Shown here piece by piece: positions 19,348 to 27,695 of a DNA stretch of 64,000 bases. Each line of letters begins with the position of its first letter. Position 1 is the stretch's first letter. A program made the position numbers and the translations under genes. Source of the stretch: Candidatus Rariloculaceae bacterium (GTDB taxonomy: Bacteria > Pseudomonadota > Gammaproteobacteria > Steroidobacterales > Rariloculaceae); NCBI GenBank assembly GCA_965221035.1, contig OZ244860.1, forward strand, positions 1,468,614 through 1,532,613. Reading direction: 5' to 3'. The notes under the pieces are model-generated. The model did no database searches and was not told the DNA's origin. It was given only the letters and a program-made list of their open reading frames with translations.

Positions 19348-21414
19348 CTACCCTCGCCGCCAGAACCAGCGCCCGGGCGCCCGAACACGCCGGCGCAGGA
19401 AATCTTCGGTCAGTTTACGGTCCAATGCGATCTGGCCGGACGAGCTGGCCGTGTCGTCGAGCAGCCAATCAGGGATATCGGCGCGGGTGCGGGTGAATTC
19501 CATGGCGGAGACACCCACGAGAATCCGGTTGCCACTGAGGTTCCAGCAACCCTCCGGCGGGCGGCGAGACGCGTCGTATCGGTCGGGGTCGAGCAGGCTT
19601 CCCAGCAACAGGCGCGGGCGTTCGAAGGCGCGTTCCTGGTAACTCGCCAGGCTCATGGGGGCGCACCACGACGGCATTGAGGCGCCGTCGGGCAGGTTTT
19701 CCTCGAACAGTTCGCAGAGCACCATTGAAGCCAGGTTCAGCGCATCCACTGTCTGCCTGTGGGGTCCCGGCCTGGAAGCCGTGTGCACTTCACCGGCCCG
19801 CTCGCGGTCTGCCGCCTCGTCAAGCATTGCCACTGTCCGTTTCAGGAATTCCCGGTACAGCGCCGTGGATAACCGTTCCCTGATGTTCGCCACCGACCGC
19901 TGCAGAGTTCGCCGGGCCACTACGTTGTCTCCCGGCAGCGCGGTGCGGGTGTAGATCATCAGGCAGCGTTTGACGATTTCCGGCTTGAAGCTGCGGGCGT
20001 CGGCGTTCATCGACAGCGCGAAGCACGGGTATTCCGCGTAGGGAATGGTTTCATCCTTGACGATTTCGTCGGCGTAACGGTTGAAGCGGTCGCGGGTCAC
20101 GTCGTCGAAGACCACCGGAAAGCGCTTGTACGCCTGCTGCAGCCCGCGCAACTTGGCCGGCGTGAAATGCTGCGTTTCGACGATTCGCGGATGGGAGAAC
20201 ATCGAGGCCATCAGCGTCTCGACCAGGCTCGTCTTGCCGCAGTTGCTGGACCCGTAGAGCACGGCGAACAGCGGCTGATCGAAGCTGAAGGCGTTCTCGC
20301 GCAGCGCGGCGTTGCGCAGGTCGCACATCAGCGGCGCCATGTAGAACCAGCACATGAACGCGAAGTAGTCGTTCTGCAGGCGCGGCACGTCGCCGACGAA
20401 ACCGTTGTCGTAGTTGGCGAAGAACTCCATCCAGCACGCGGTGTCGGCGCGGACCTGGTCCGGGTCCGCTTCCAACTCCATCGCTTCGCCGGAAAGCACG
20501 AATCCGGTCGCAGTGCGGGACAGGTACGTGGGTGGAGTTCCATCGGCCTCGCGGGCACGGACGATCCGCACGATCTGCTTCACGATCCGGGGCCTGATCC
20601 GCAAGCGGTTCTCCCGGTCCGGCCGCAGTTCAGCCAACCCGCGGCGATAGGCCGGTGCGATGGCTTCGACCCGAGCGGCGACTTCGGGCACCGAGTAACC
20701 GGCCTCCTCGGGCCGTTCGGGCGGTACGAAAAGCGTCTCACCTTCCGGATCCGACTCCGCGTCGATCAAAGCCGGCGTCTCCTCGATGCGTGCCGACTCC
20801 CTGTCGAGCGGCGGGGTCAGCGGCAGACGGCTGGTCGCGGCGTCGCGGACGGATTCGTACTGCGCCAGATAGTGGTTCCAGGCCGTTTCGTCATCGTCGA
20901 AGACGATCAGCGTCTCGGCCTGTCGGCCCGAGAAGGCCCGTTCCGACAGGTTCGCCGAGCCGACGATGACCCGCCGCTTGCCATCGCCTTCCAGCAGGTA
21001 GATCTTCGCATGTGCGATGGCGTCCTTGACGACGAAAAACCGCAGATCCCCATCGGCCACCCGCCGGTAGATCGCTTCTCGGGCCTCGTCGCGCAAGCCC
21101 TTGACGCCGAGGACGGCACCGGCCAGCTTGTCGCGCACCACGTTCTGAAACGCCAGAATCTGTGCCGCCTCTCGGGTAAGGATGCCGCCGTGGCCGAACA
21201 CGCACTCGAACTCCTCGAACGGTTGAGTCGCCATCAGCTCGGCGATCATGGGAATGCTCGACGTGTACGTCAGCGCCCGCATCGAACGGTAACCGTTGAA
21301 ATAGTTGGGATGGAACGTTGCGACGGACCCGGCCGCCGCATGCACCACGTTCAGCGCCGTACGCCGTGTGGTGGACTCGGCGTCTTCGAACAGCGGGCTT
21401 TGTAACTCATCCAT
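19348..21414 (-). CDS. PLD-family (NgoFVII-like) nuclease domain fused to a P-loop ATPase
   Basis: HAKIYLL...IVGSANLS PLD motif; Walker A GSSNCGKT; Walker B VVFDD; SMN and EIVKR further downstream. Confidence 0.8.
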   Translation of the reverse strand: MDELQSPLFEDAESTTRRTALNVVHAAAGSVATFHPNYFNGYRSMRALTYTSSIPMIAELMATQPFEEFECVFGHGGILTREAAQILAFQNVVRDKLAGAVLGVKGLRDEAREAIYRRVADGDLRFFVVKDAIAHAKIYLLEGDGKRRVIVGSANLSERAFSGRQAETLIVFDDDETAWNHYLAQYESVRDAATSRLPLTPPLDRESARIEETPALIDAESDPEGETLFVPPERPEEAGYSVPEVAARVEAIAPAYRRGLAELRPDRENRLRIRPRIVKQIVRIVRAREADGTPPTYLSRTATGFVLSGEAMELEADPDQVRADTACWMEFFANYDNGFVGDVPRLQNDYFAFMCWFYMAPLMCDLRNAALRENAFSFDQPLFAVLYGSSNCGKTSLVETLMASMFSHPRIVETQHFTPAKLRGLQQAYKRFPVVFDDVTRDRFNRYADEIVKDETIPYAEYPCFALSMNADARSFKPEIVKRCLMIYTRTALPGDNVVARRTLQRSVANIRERLSTALYREFLKRTVAMLDEAADRERAGEVHTASRPGPHRQTVDALNLASMVLCELFEENLPDGASMPSWCAPMSLASYQERAFERPRLLLGSLLDPDRYDASRRPPEGCWNLSGNRILVGVSAMEFTRTRADIPDWLLDDTASSSGQIALDRKLTEDFLRRRVRAPGRWFWRRG

Positions 21415-21509
21415 TCGGGGTCGGGACCCTCCGCTTCTGGATCGGGCACCTCCGCCCTCGTCCCCCCGGTTCCCGGTTCCCGCGGCTTGTTCGGGGGGCC
21501 AGGCCCGAC

Positions 21510-22109
21510 CTACTCAGCGCGACCAGGAGGCGTGAACAAATGCCACTGGGAGCGCTCCGGCGGCGCGCTGGCGCAGTCCTGCATGTAGAGCGCGCGCCAG
21601 ACGTGGGTCGGGTTGGAGGTTGGACGCGCGGTGTCGCCGGCGGTCATGCAGAGATCGGTCCCCACCAGTTGCACCTGTGAACGGTCATTCATTTCAAAAC
21701 GCTGAAATGCGGGTGCGTTCAGGTAGGGCTCCACGACACCACACTCCTTGACCATCAGCGAGTTGAATTCGAGCACCGACTCACCCAGCCCCATCGCGGT
21801 CACGCACCGATCGAGGGCGGGAAAATAAATCTCACCGTTCTCGGTGAGGAGAATCGAATCGTCCGGAGCCAGCGCGACTTTACAACCGTGCGCGATGAGG
21901 GGTTGGAGAAGGTCTTCCTGGCCGGGCCTGCCGAGCAGTTCCAGGCAGTAGCCGGTTTCGGCCCCGAGGTGTTCCAGCAGCTTCATGTGGTAGGTCTGCT
22001 CATCGGCAGCCGTCACATGGGAACCGCTCACCAGGACCCACGCGATCAGGGAAAGGGCGCAGACCATCCTTCTGTTGTCCTGCGGTGGATTGCTTTTGTT
22101 GGACTGCAT
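21510..22109 (-). CDS. Secreted ricin-B (beta-trefoil) lectin-like protein
   Basis: Signal-like N-terminus; repeated Cys pairs (YCLE..HGCK, RCVT..KEC, LCMT..QDC) and QRF/SQW motifs. Confidence 0.65.
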   Translation of the reverse strand: MQSNKSNPPQDNRRMVCALSLIAWVLVSGSHVTAADEQTYHMKLLEHLGAETGYCLELLGRPGQEDLLQPLIAHGCKVALAPDDSILLTENGEIYFPALDRCVTAMGLGESVLEFNSLMVKECGVVEPYLNAPAFQRFEMNDRSQVQLVGTDLCMTAGDTARPTSNPTHVWRALYMQDCASAPPERSQWHLFTPPGRAE

Positions 22110-22280
22110 AGGAACCTCTCCGTGAGTTGAGTCATGCTGGAAGGCGGGACCTTTTTCGCACTCTCTGTCTGCAAATTTGCGGTGGACTGGAGTCGCGTCA
22201 ACCAAAATGAAGTCGGAAACTCTGATCGAGTATGTTCATGCTGTGGCAAGAGCGCAAGTCACCGTTGCGGTCCTTGAGGG

Positions 22281-22297
22281 TACGTTATAACATAGCC
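22281..22297. promoter_or_regulatory. Putative Zur box upstream of the MerC-domain gene
   Basis: TACGTTATAACATAGC; core GTTATAACATAGC matches GTTATAnTATAAC at 10 of 12 positions. Confidence 0.7.
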
Positions 22298-22317
22298 AGA
22301 ATTGCAGGATTCAGCAC

Positions 22318-22734
22318 ATGGCATTGGAATCAAACTCGGCAGCGCGCCTGGATCTTTACGCGGTCGGGCTCTCGACGCTATGCGTGCTCCACTGTATCGC
22401 ACTACCCCTGCTCGTGTCGCTGTTGCCGGCGGTTGCCCAGGCGGCAGATAGCGAGATTGTGCATCGAATTCTGGTCATCGTCGCGGTTCCCGTAAGTCTG
22501 CAGGTGCTCTGGAAGGCAAGGCCCTTGCATGGCAAGAGGCTGTTCGTCGGCGCGGCATTGGTTGGTCTCGTGTTGCTGTTGCTGGCCGCGTTCATGGACG
22601 CCTTGGAAGCGTACGAAGAACCGCTCACCGTTGCCGGTGGCGTACTTCTGGCCTCGGCGCACCTCTGGCACTGGATGCGAACATGCGGCAAGGGTGAAAT
22701 CCACGGCCTCCCGGCCGAACCCGATGGAACTTGA
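22318..22734 (+). CDS. MerC-domain membrane protein
   Basis: D..AVGLSTLCVLHCIALP; four TMs; conserved His in VHR, LHG and SAHLW. Confidence 0.88.
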   Translation: MALESNSAARLDLYAVGLSTLCVLHCIALPLLVSLLPAVAQAADSEIVHRILVIVAVPVSLQVLWKARPLHGKRLFVGAALVGLVLLLLAAFMDALEAYEEPLTVAGGVLLASAHLWHWMRTCGKGEIHGLPAEPDGT

Positions 22735-22780
22735 TTGGCCGTGCCGGGAGTAATCGGCAGGATCCCGAGGGTACTTCAAA

Positions 22781-23155
22781 TTGGCGATACGGTCGGCGAG
22801 TACGGCACCGCTGGCTGCGAAATGGCGTAAACTCGCCGAAGTGCGCTGCGCCGAGAAGGGCGAGCGGCTCACCCCGGCCCGATTGGCGGTCTACGCGGAA
22901 ATGCTGACCCACGACCGGCCACTTTCGGCCTACGAACTCATCGCGCTTCTGGAGCAGCGCCAGAAACGCAAGATCGCGCCCCTGACCGTCTACAGGCATC
23001 TGGATTTCCTCACTCGAACCGGCCTCGTACACCGGCTGCAATCCGCCAAGGCCTACTTCCCTTGCGACCACCTCGACCACGCTCTTGACTTGGCGGAGCA
23101 CCTGCGACACTCAAGAATGTCATGTGATAAAGTCACGTATCATTCTGACGAATAA
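22781..23155 (+). pseudogene. C-terminally truncated Fur-family (Zur-like) regulator
   Basis: RLTPAR, SAYELI and TVYRHLDFL...LVHRL present; similarity ends after PCDHLDH and both CxxC motifs are absent. Confidence 0.75.
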
Positions 23156-23248
23156 CTCAGGAATAACCGCTGCCCGCCAAGGAGCGCCCGCTCGCGGTGG
23201 GCCTTCAATGAACGTTTTCCGGAACTTCAATCGCAGAGGACAAGCCAA

Positions 23249-23728
23249 ATGAAACGCGCAATCGCTACGCTCACAATCTCCAGTCTCGCCTTGATGGTCG
23301 GGACCGTCACGCGGGCTCAGGAGGGTCCACCCGAGTACGGGATGCCCATCACGGCCCAGCAAGCCAGCGCGGTGGCAGCCGCAGCTGTTGACACCATGGC
23401 CGAGAACGGCTGGCGGATGGCCGTCTCTGTCGTCGACCCTGCGGGTCATCTCGTTCACTTTGAGAAAGTTGACGGCACCCAAAATGCCTCCATCGAAATC
23501 TCGATGCGCAAGGCTCAAGCGGCCGCCGGTTTCAGACGGTCCACGCGGGTGTTCGCACAGGGTATCGCCAACAACCCCGCCCTCGCGACGCTGCCCGGTG
23601 TCATTGGGTCACCCGGTGGAGTCCCCATCGTGGTGGACGGCCGCGTCATTGGTGCTGTGGGTTGCTCGGGTGGCACCGGAGACCAGGACGAAGTCGCCTG
23701 CGAGGCGGGTGCTGCGGCGGCGCGCTGA
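23249..23728 (+). CDS. GlcG/HbpS-family haem-binding protein, secreted
   Basis: Signal peptide; VSVVDPAG, RKAQAA and GGVPI...IGAVGCSGG...QDE motifs. Confidence 0.88.
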   Translation: MKRAIATLTISSLALMVGTVTRAQEGPPEYGMPITAQQASAVAAAAVDTMAENGWRMAVSVVDPAGHLVHFEKVDGTQNASIEISMRKAQAAAGFRRSTRVFAQGIANNPALATLPGVIGSPGGVPIVVDGRVIGAVGCSGGTGDQDEVACEAGAAAAR

Positions 23729-23770
23729 GACGCTGTTGGTGTTGGCACACACGGGCCTGTTGACACTGCC

Positions 23771-23971
23771 CTAAAACCGCATTCGCAACCCCGCTTCGAT
23801 CGTGCGTCCCGGCTGGGGCGCCAGATCCTTGACGATGGAGGTGTGCAGCCGCTGCTCGTCGTCGGTCAGATTGCGTCCGGCGAGGAACAGGTCGGCCGCC
23901 ATGTCGCCCAGGAGAAAACGCCACGCGACACGCGCACGCAGGTCGTTGTAGGAGTCCGGAGGCACTGTCAA
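23771..23971 (-). pseudogene. C-terminal remnant of a ZnuD-like TonB-dependent receptor
   Basis: NLTDDEQRLHTSIVKDLAPQPGRTIEAGLRMRF* gives only the last beta strands, including the HTS..KD.AP.PGR pattern. Confidence 0.75.
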
Positions 23972-24029
23972 TGCTTTCGCAAGGGTCGCAAAAGACCACC
24001 GGGACGAAAGGGATCGTTTCGAATTTGCG

Positions 24030-25466
24030 TCACGTCCAGGATTCTTCGTCCTTCAGCCGCCGGCTCGCCGCGACCGCGAACAACAATCCCGCGGCAAAAA
24101 GAAAAGCCAGCGGCAACGGGAATTCACCGCGAACTTCCGCCAACGTCCGGTCGACGAAGGTGAAGGCGCGCAAGTTGTCGAACTCGGCGGTTGTGATTCG
24201 ATTGCGGGAGACAATGGCCGGGCCTACCGCATTGGCCAGCTCGAAGAGCGCTTGCCGGGACTGCTGCTGAAATCGGTATTGGCGCTCAAGATCGGCATCG
24301 GCCAGCAGATGGAGCAGCCGCTGCGCGACGATGGCCGGCGAAAGGTACTGCGCAAGTCCCAGCGCCCGCGCCCTCCCGCGTCGCGCCTCGTCAAAGCCGT
24401 CCACCAGCGGTGCAGTGACCTGGCGAGCGGCGTCGTTGGCCAGAAACGCGGCGCGATAGAACGAAGGCACTCCCTCGTCGCCCACCGTCAGTTCCGGATG
24501 GTCCGTCAGAAACCGGTCCGTGAGGCCCGCGAGGTCCCGGCTGGTCTGCGCTTCGACATCGCGCACCTCGGAAAGCAGGGCCAGGCGGGAAGGCGTGGGA
24601 TAGATCGCCTCGGCGACAGCGGACACCAGCCCGGGCATCGCGAAGACGAGAACAAACCAGACTCCCGCCAATACGGCGGCCGACTGGGTCGCGTGCCGAA
24701 ACCGGGCGACGAGGAACGCGATCAGGCACAGCCAAAAACCCCAATAGGCCAGGACGGCCGTCTGCCACCAGGCGAAACGGGCATATCGATCACCGCCGTC
24801 ATCGTTAATGAATACGAGCGCGGACATCGCTGCGATCGCGACAAGCCAAAGCAACCCGTTGCGAAACAGCAGTCTTGTCCAAAGAATGCGAACCAGGGAG
24901 ACCGGTGCGCAGAGCGTCAGGGCCAGCGTCCCGCGGGCCCGCTCACGCGACAAGAGGTCGAAAGAAACCGCGATCATCATCAGCGGCATCAGCACGACGG
25001 CGACCAGGGCGACATCGAACGAGCCCGCCGCCAGCATTTCCGGATTCTCGAACTGGTACTTTCCAAACAGGTTTGAGGGATTGTTCCAAGGCGAAATTTC
25101 GCTACTGAATGGGTGCAGGTCCGTATGCCCCACCGCGAAATCTCCAAGAGACCCGGGAGGCATTACCGCGGGGAAGGAGATATTCATAGGGTTTGCCGCA
25201 TAGGGCGACGCCTGGTCCGGAGCCTGTTCGGCATGGACCAGCTCCGCCCTCCAACTCAGCGCCGCCGCAGTCTGGGCGGCGACAAAGCCTTCAATACCCG
25301 CAATTCGTGCGTCGCGCCAGCGATCTCCGCTCCAGCCCGCGTACGCCACGGTCAGCAACACCAGCGCAACCGTGATCGCGGCGGGCCCGCGGAACAGGAA
25401 CAGGGTCGCCTCCTGACGAAGGATCGCGCCGGACGCTGCTGTCGGGTTCAACCTGTTCTGTCGCAT
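24030..25466 (-). CDS. ABC-2-type permease, DUF3526
   Basis: ENP....GSFD, ERARGTL and LSPA motifs; TGATG overlap with the upstream permease. Confidence 0.85.
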   Translation of the reverse strand: MRQNRLNPTAASGAILRQEATLFLFRGPAAITVALVLLTVAYAGWSGDRWRDARIAGIEGFVAAQTAAALSWRAELVHAEQAPDQASPYAANPMNISFPAVMPPGSLGDFAVGHTDLHPFSSEISPWNNPSNLFGKYQFENPEMLAAGSFDVALVAVVLMPLMMIAVSFDLLSRERARGTLALTLCAPVSLVRILWTRLLFRNGLLWLVAIAAMSALVFINDDGGDRYARFAWWQTAVLAYWGFWLCLIAFLVARFRHATQSAAVLAGVWFVLVFAMPGLVSAVAEAIYPTPSRLALLSEVRDVEAQTSRDLAGLTDRFLTDHPELTVGDEGVPSFYRAAFLANDAARQVTAPLVDGFDEARRGRARALGLAQYLSPAIVAQRLLHLLADADLERQYRFQQQSRQALFELANAVGPAIVSRNRITTAEFDNLRAFTFVDRTLAEVRGEFPLPLAFLFAAGLLFAVAASRRLKDEESWT

Positions 25467-26887
25467 CAGGACGCGCCCTCTGCGCGAAGGGCGCGCCGTA
25501 CGAGCACAAACGCCGCGCCTGAAGCCGCGATCACCCATGCCAACAGCAGGGCGGCGTCCAGCAGGTACAGCCGCCATGCCTGCCCAAGCGGCAGGGGCTG
25601 GTAGCTGAAGTCCCGGAATTGCTCCCAGACCTCCCTGCCCGCGGTGTACTCGGAGCCGGCCTCTCCCGAGTTGTACATGTAGTCCTCGTTCAGCATCCTG
25701 ATCATTTCCCGCCGGTGATCCTCAGCCGCATTGACAAAGTGAGCCTGGTGGGCAAGGTCCGTTCCCGCGAATCCGCGTGAAAGGTTTCTGGCGGGAATAA
25801 GCGGGGTAAGCGGCGTGAGGGTCCGCGCGACGTCACTCTGCCGGGAGTGGCGCTGGTCGATCAAACCGAACACGCGCTCGAATTCCGGGAATGACAGCTC
25901 CTCGCTCCGCTGCAACACATAGGCGCCATAGGAGATCGGCAGGTCCTCCACTGCCGTCACGCCGTATTCATCGAGTGCCGCTTGCCGAATCGCCTCCTGA
26001 CTGGCGGCGTCGGCGTAGTAGATGTCGGAAGCCGCCTGAAGCTGGGCCGACACGACCCTGGCGTCGGGCGACGGATACAAGGTTCTGCCCAGGTCCGCTG
26101 CCAGGCGGGGCGCGACAACGGTCATCAGCGCCCAGACGCAGATCAGTGTCAGCAGAGCCGCCTGCCGCGTGCGGAACAGGGCGGAGACTCCGATCGCAAC
26201 GGCCGCGCAGCAGAGGACATAGAGGAGGTAGAGCGCCAGCATCGAGGCGGACCTGGCCACCGCATCCAGGCTGATCGGGGCCGAAGCCCGCGCGAGCGCC
26301 ACCGCGGTGACGGCGACGGAGAGGACCAGGAACCCCGGTAGAACCAGCCGAAGCCCGCCGACCATCTTGCCCAGAAAAAACGCCCTGCCCGAGATTCCGC
26401 TGGCGATCAGTTGCCGCAACGTTCCGTCTTCGCGTTCGCCGGCGACGCTTGCGCACATTGCGACGAAGATCAGCAGCGGCAAGGCGACCAGAAACAGGGT
26501 TGCAGGCGACAGCTGCACGGAACGCGCGAGTTCGCCACTGTCTTCCGCGCGGCGAAATTCCGCGGGGTTCTGAAAGTGGGCCTCCATCCAGAGCGCGATG
26601 CCCGCGTAGTCGTTGATTCCGGGGTCCACCAGCGACAGTGGCGAGGAGGAGCGAAACGCGTAGCGCGAGAAATGCGCCGCCGAATGCGGGTTGCGTTCCC
26701 CCTGGTTCAACCAGACCTCGCGGTCCACGAGTTCCGCGGCGGTTCTTTCCCTGGCGAACTCTGCGTCCCGCTGTGTGCCGATGAAGGTGCCCGCGGCAAG
26801 CAACACCACGCAAACCGCCGTCAGCACGACCACCAGCGACTCCCGCCGTGACTCCAGCAAGTCCTTGGCGGCGATTTCTCGGATCAT
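25466..26887 (-). CDS. ABC-2-type permease, DUF3526
   Basis: NPHSAAHF, DPG, MEAHFQN, EREDGTLR and AGTD motifs. Confidence 0.88.
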   Translation of the reverse strand: MIREIAAKDLLESRRESLVVVLTAVCVVLLAAGTFIGTQRDAEFARERTAAELVDREVWLNQGERNPHSAAHFSRYAFRSSSPLSLVDPGINDYAGIALWMEAHFQNPAEFRRAEDSGELARSVQLSPATLFLVALPLLIFVAMCASVAGEREDGTLRQLIASGISGRAFFLGKMVGGLRLVLPGFLVLSVAVTAVALARASAPISLDAVARSASMLALYLLYVLCCAAVAIGVSALFRTRQAALLTLICVWALMTVVAPRLAADLGRTLYPSPDARVVSAQLQAASDIYYADAASQEAIRQAALDEYGVTAVEDLPISYGAYVLQRSEELSFPEFERVFGLIDQRHSRQSDVARTLTPLTPLIPARNLSRGFAGTDLAHQAHFVNAAEDHRREMIRMLNEDYMYNSGEAGSEYTAGREVWEQFRDFSYQPLPLGQAWRLYLLDAALLLAWVIAASGAAFVLVRRALRAEGAS

Positions 26888-26949
26888 GTGTCAGCCTCCC
26901 ACTGCAATTGCTGCATCCTCCGTTTCCAAATCGCCAGCCGGAAAGCGCG

Positions 26950-27681
26950 CTAGTTGACAGGCGCGTCCTTGAGGTGCTTCATGTAGATGTCCTCGATTTC
27001 CTTGGCGTCGAGCGCTTTCGCATCAAGCTCCTGGACCAGCCTTCCCCGCATGATGATGCCGATGCGGTCGGCAACTTCCCGGGCGCGGAAGATGTCGTGG
27101 GTTGCCATCAATACGCCGCGGCCGCCGTCGCGCAAGGCCAGAATGCGTTCGCCAAGATCCCTCGCCGCGGACGGATCCAGCCCGGACAGCGGCTCGTCCA
27201 GGAGGATCGCCGGAACGCCCTTTGCCAGCGCGATGGCGATCCCGACCTTTTGGCGCATCCCCTTGGAATAGGTCGCCACGCGGCGACTGTGCGCTTCCTC
27301 CGGCAGGCCGGCTTCCACGAGAACGGCGGACAGTTCCTGCACGCCTTGACTCTGACCGGCCACCTTGGCGAAAAAGGTCAGGTTCTCAAGGCCGGTCAGC
27401 TTCTCGTACAGAGCGACGCGCTCGGGAAGATAGGCGACGCGACGCCGCGCAGCGGCCGGATTCGAATTCACGTCGATGCCGTCGATGCGCGCCGCGCCCC
27501 GGTCAGGCTTGTGGAATCCCAGAAACAGGTTGATCGCGGTCGTCTTGCCGGCGCCATTCGCGCCGAGCAAACAGCACACCTCGCCGCCGGACACCGCCAA
27601 GTCCAAGCCGCGCAGCGCCGTCACGCTGCCGTAATTCTTGGACAGCCCCTCGGCCTCCAGAACGTGTGTGGAACCGTCCAT
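26950..27681 (-). CDS. ABC transporter ATP-binding protein
   Basis: GANGAGKT, YSKGMRQK, LLDEP and THD motifs. Confidence 0.95.
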   Translation of the reverse strand: MDGSTHVLEAEGLSKNYGSVTALRGLDLAVSGGEVCCLLGANGAGKTTAINLFLGFHKPDRGAARIDGIDVNSNPAAARRRVAYLPERVALYEKLTGLENLTFFAKVAGQSQGVQELSAVLVEAGLPEEAHSRRVATYSKGMRQKVGIAIALAKGVPAILLDEPLSGLDPSAARDLGERILALRDGGRGVLMATHDIFRAREVADRIGIIMRGRLVQELDAKALDAKEIEDIYMKHLKDAPVN

Positions 27682-27695
27682 CTATGCCCCTGTCC

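Noticed and set aside
22318..22734. Mercury resistance operon
   Set aside because: No merA/merR/merT; the Zur box and zinc context explain the gene better.
23123..23137. TGTGATAAAGTCACG as a CRP or Zur site
   Set aside because: The spacer is 5 rather than 6 for CRP, and it is a weak match to the Zur consensus.
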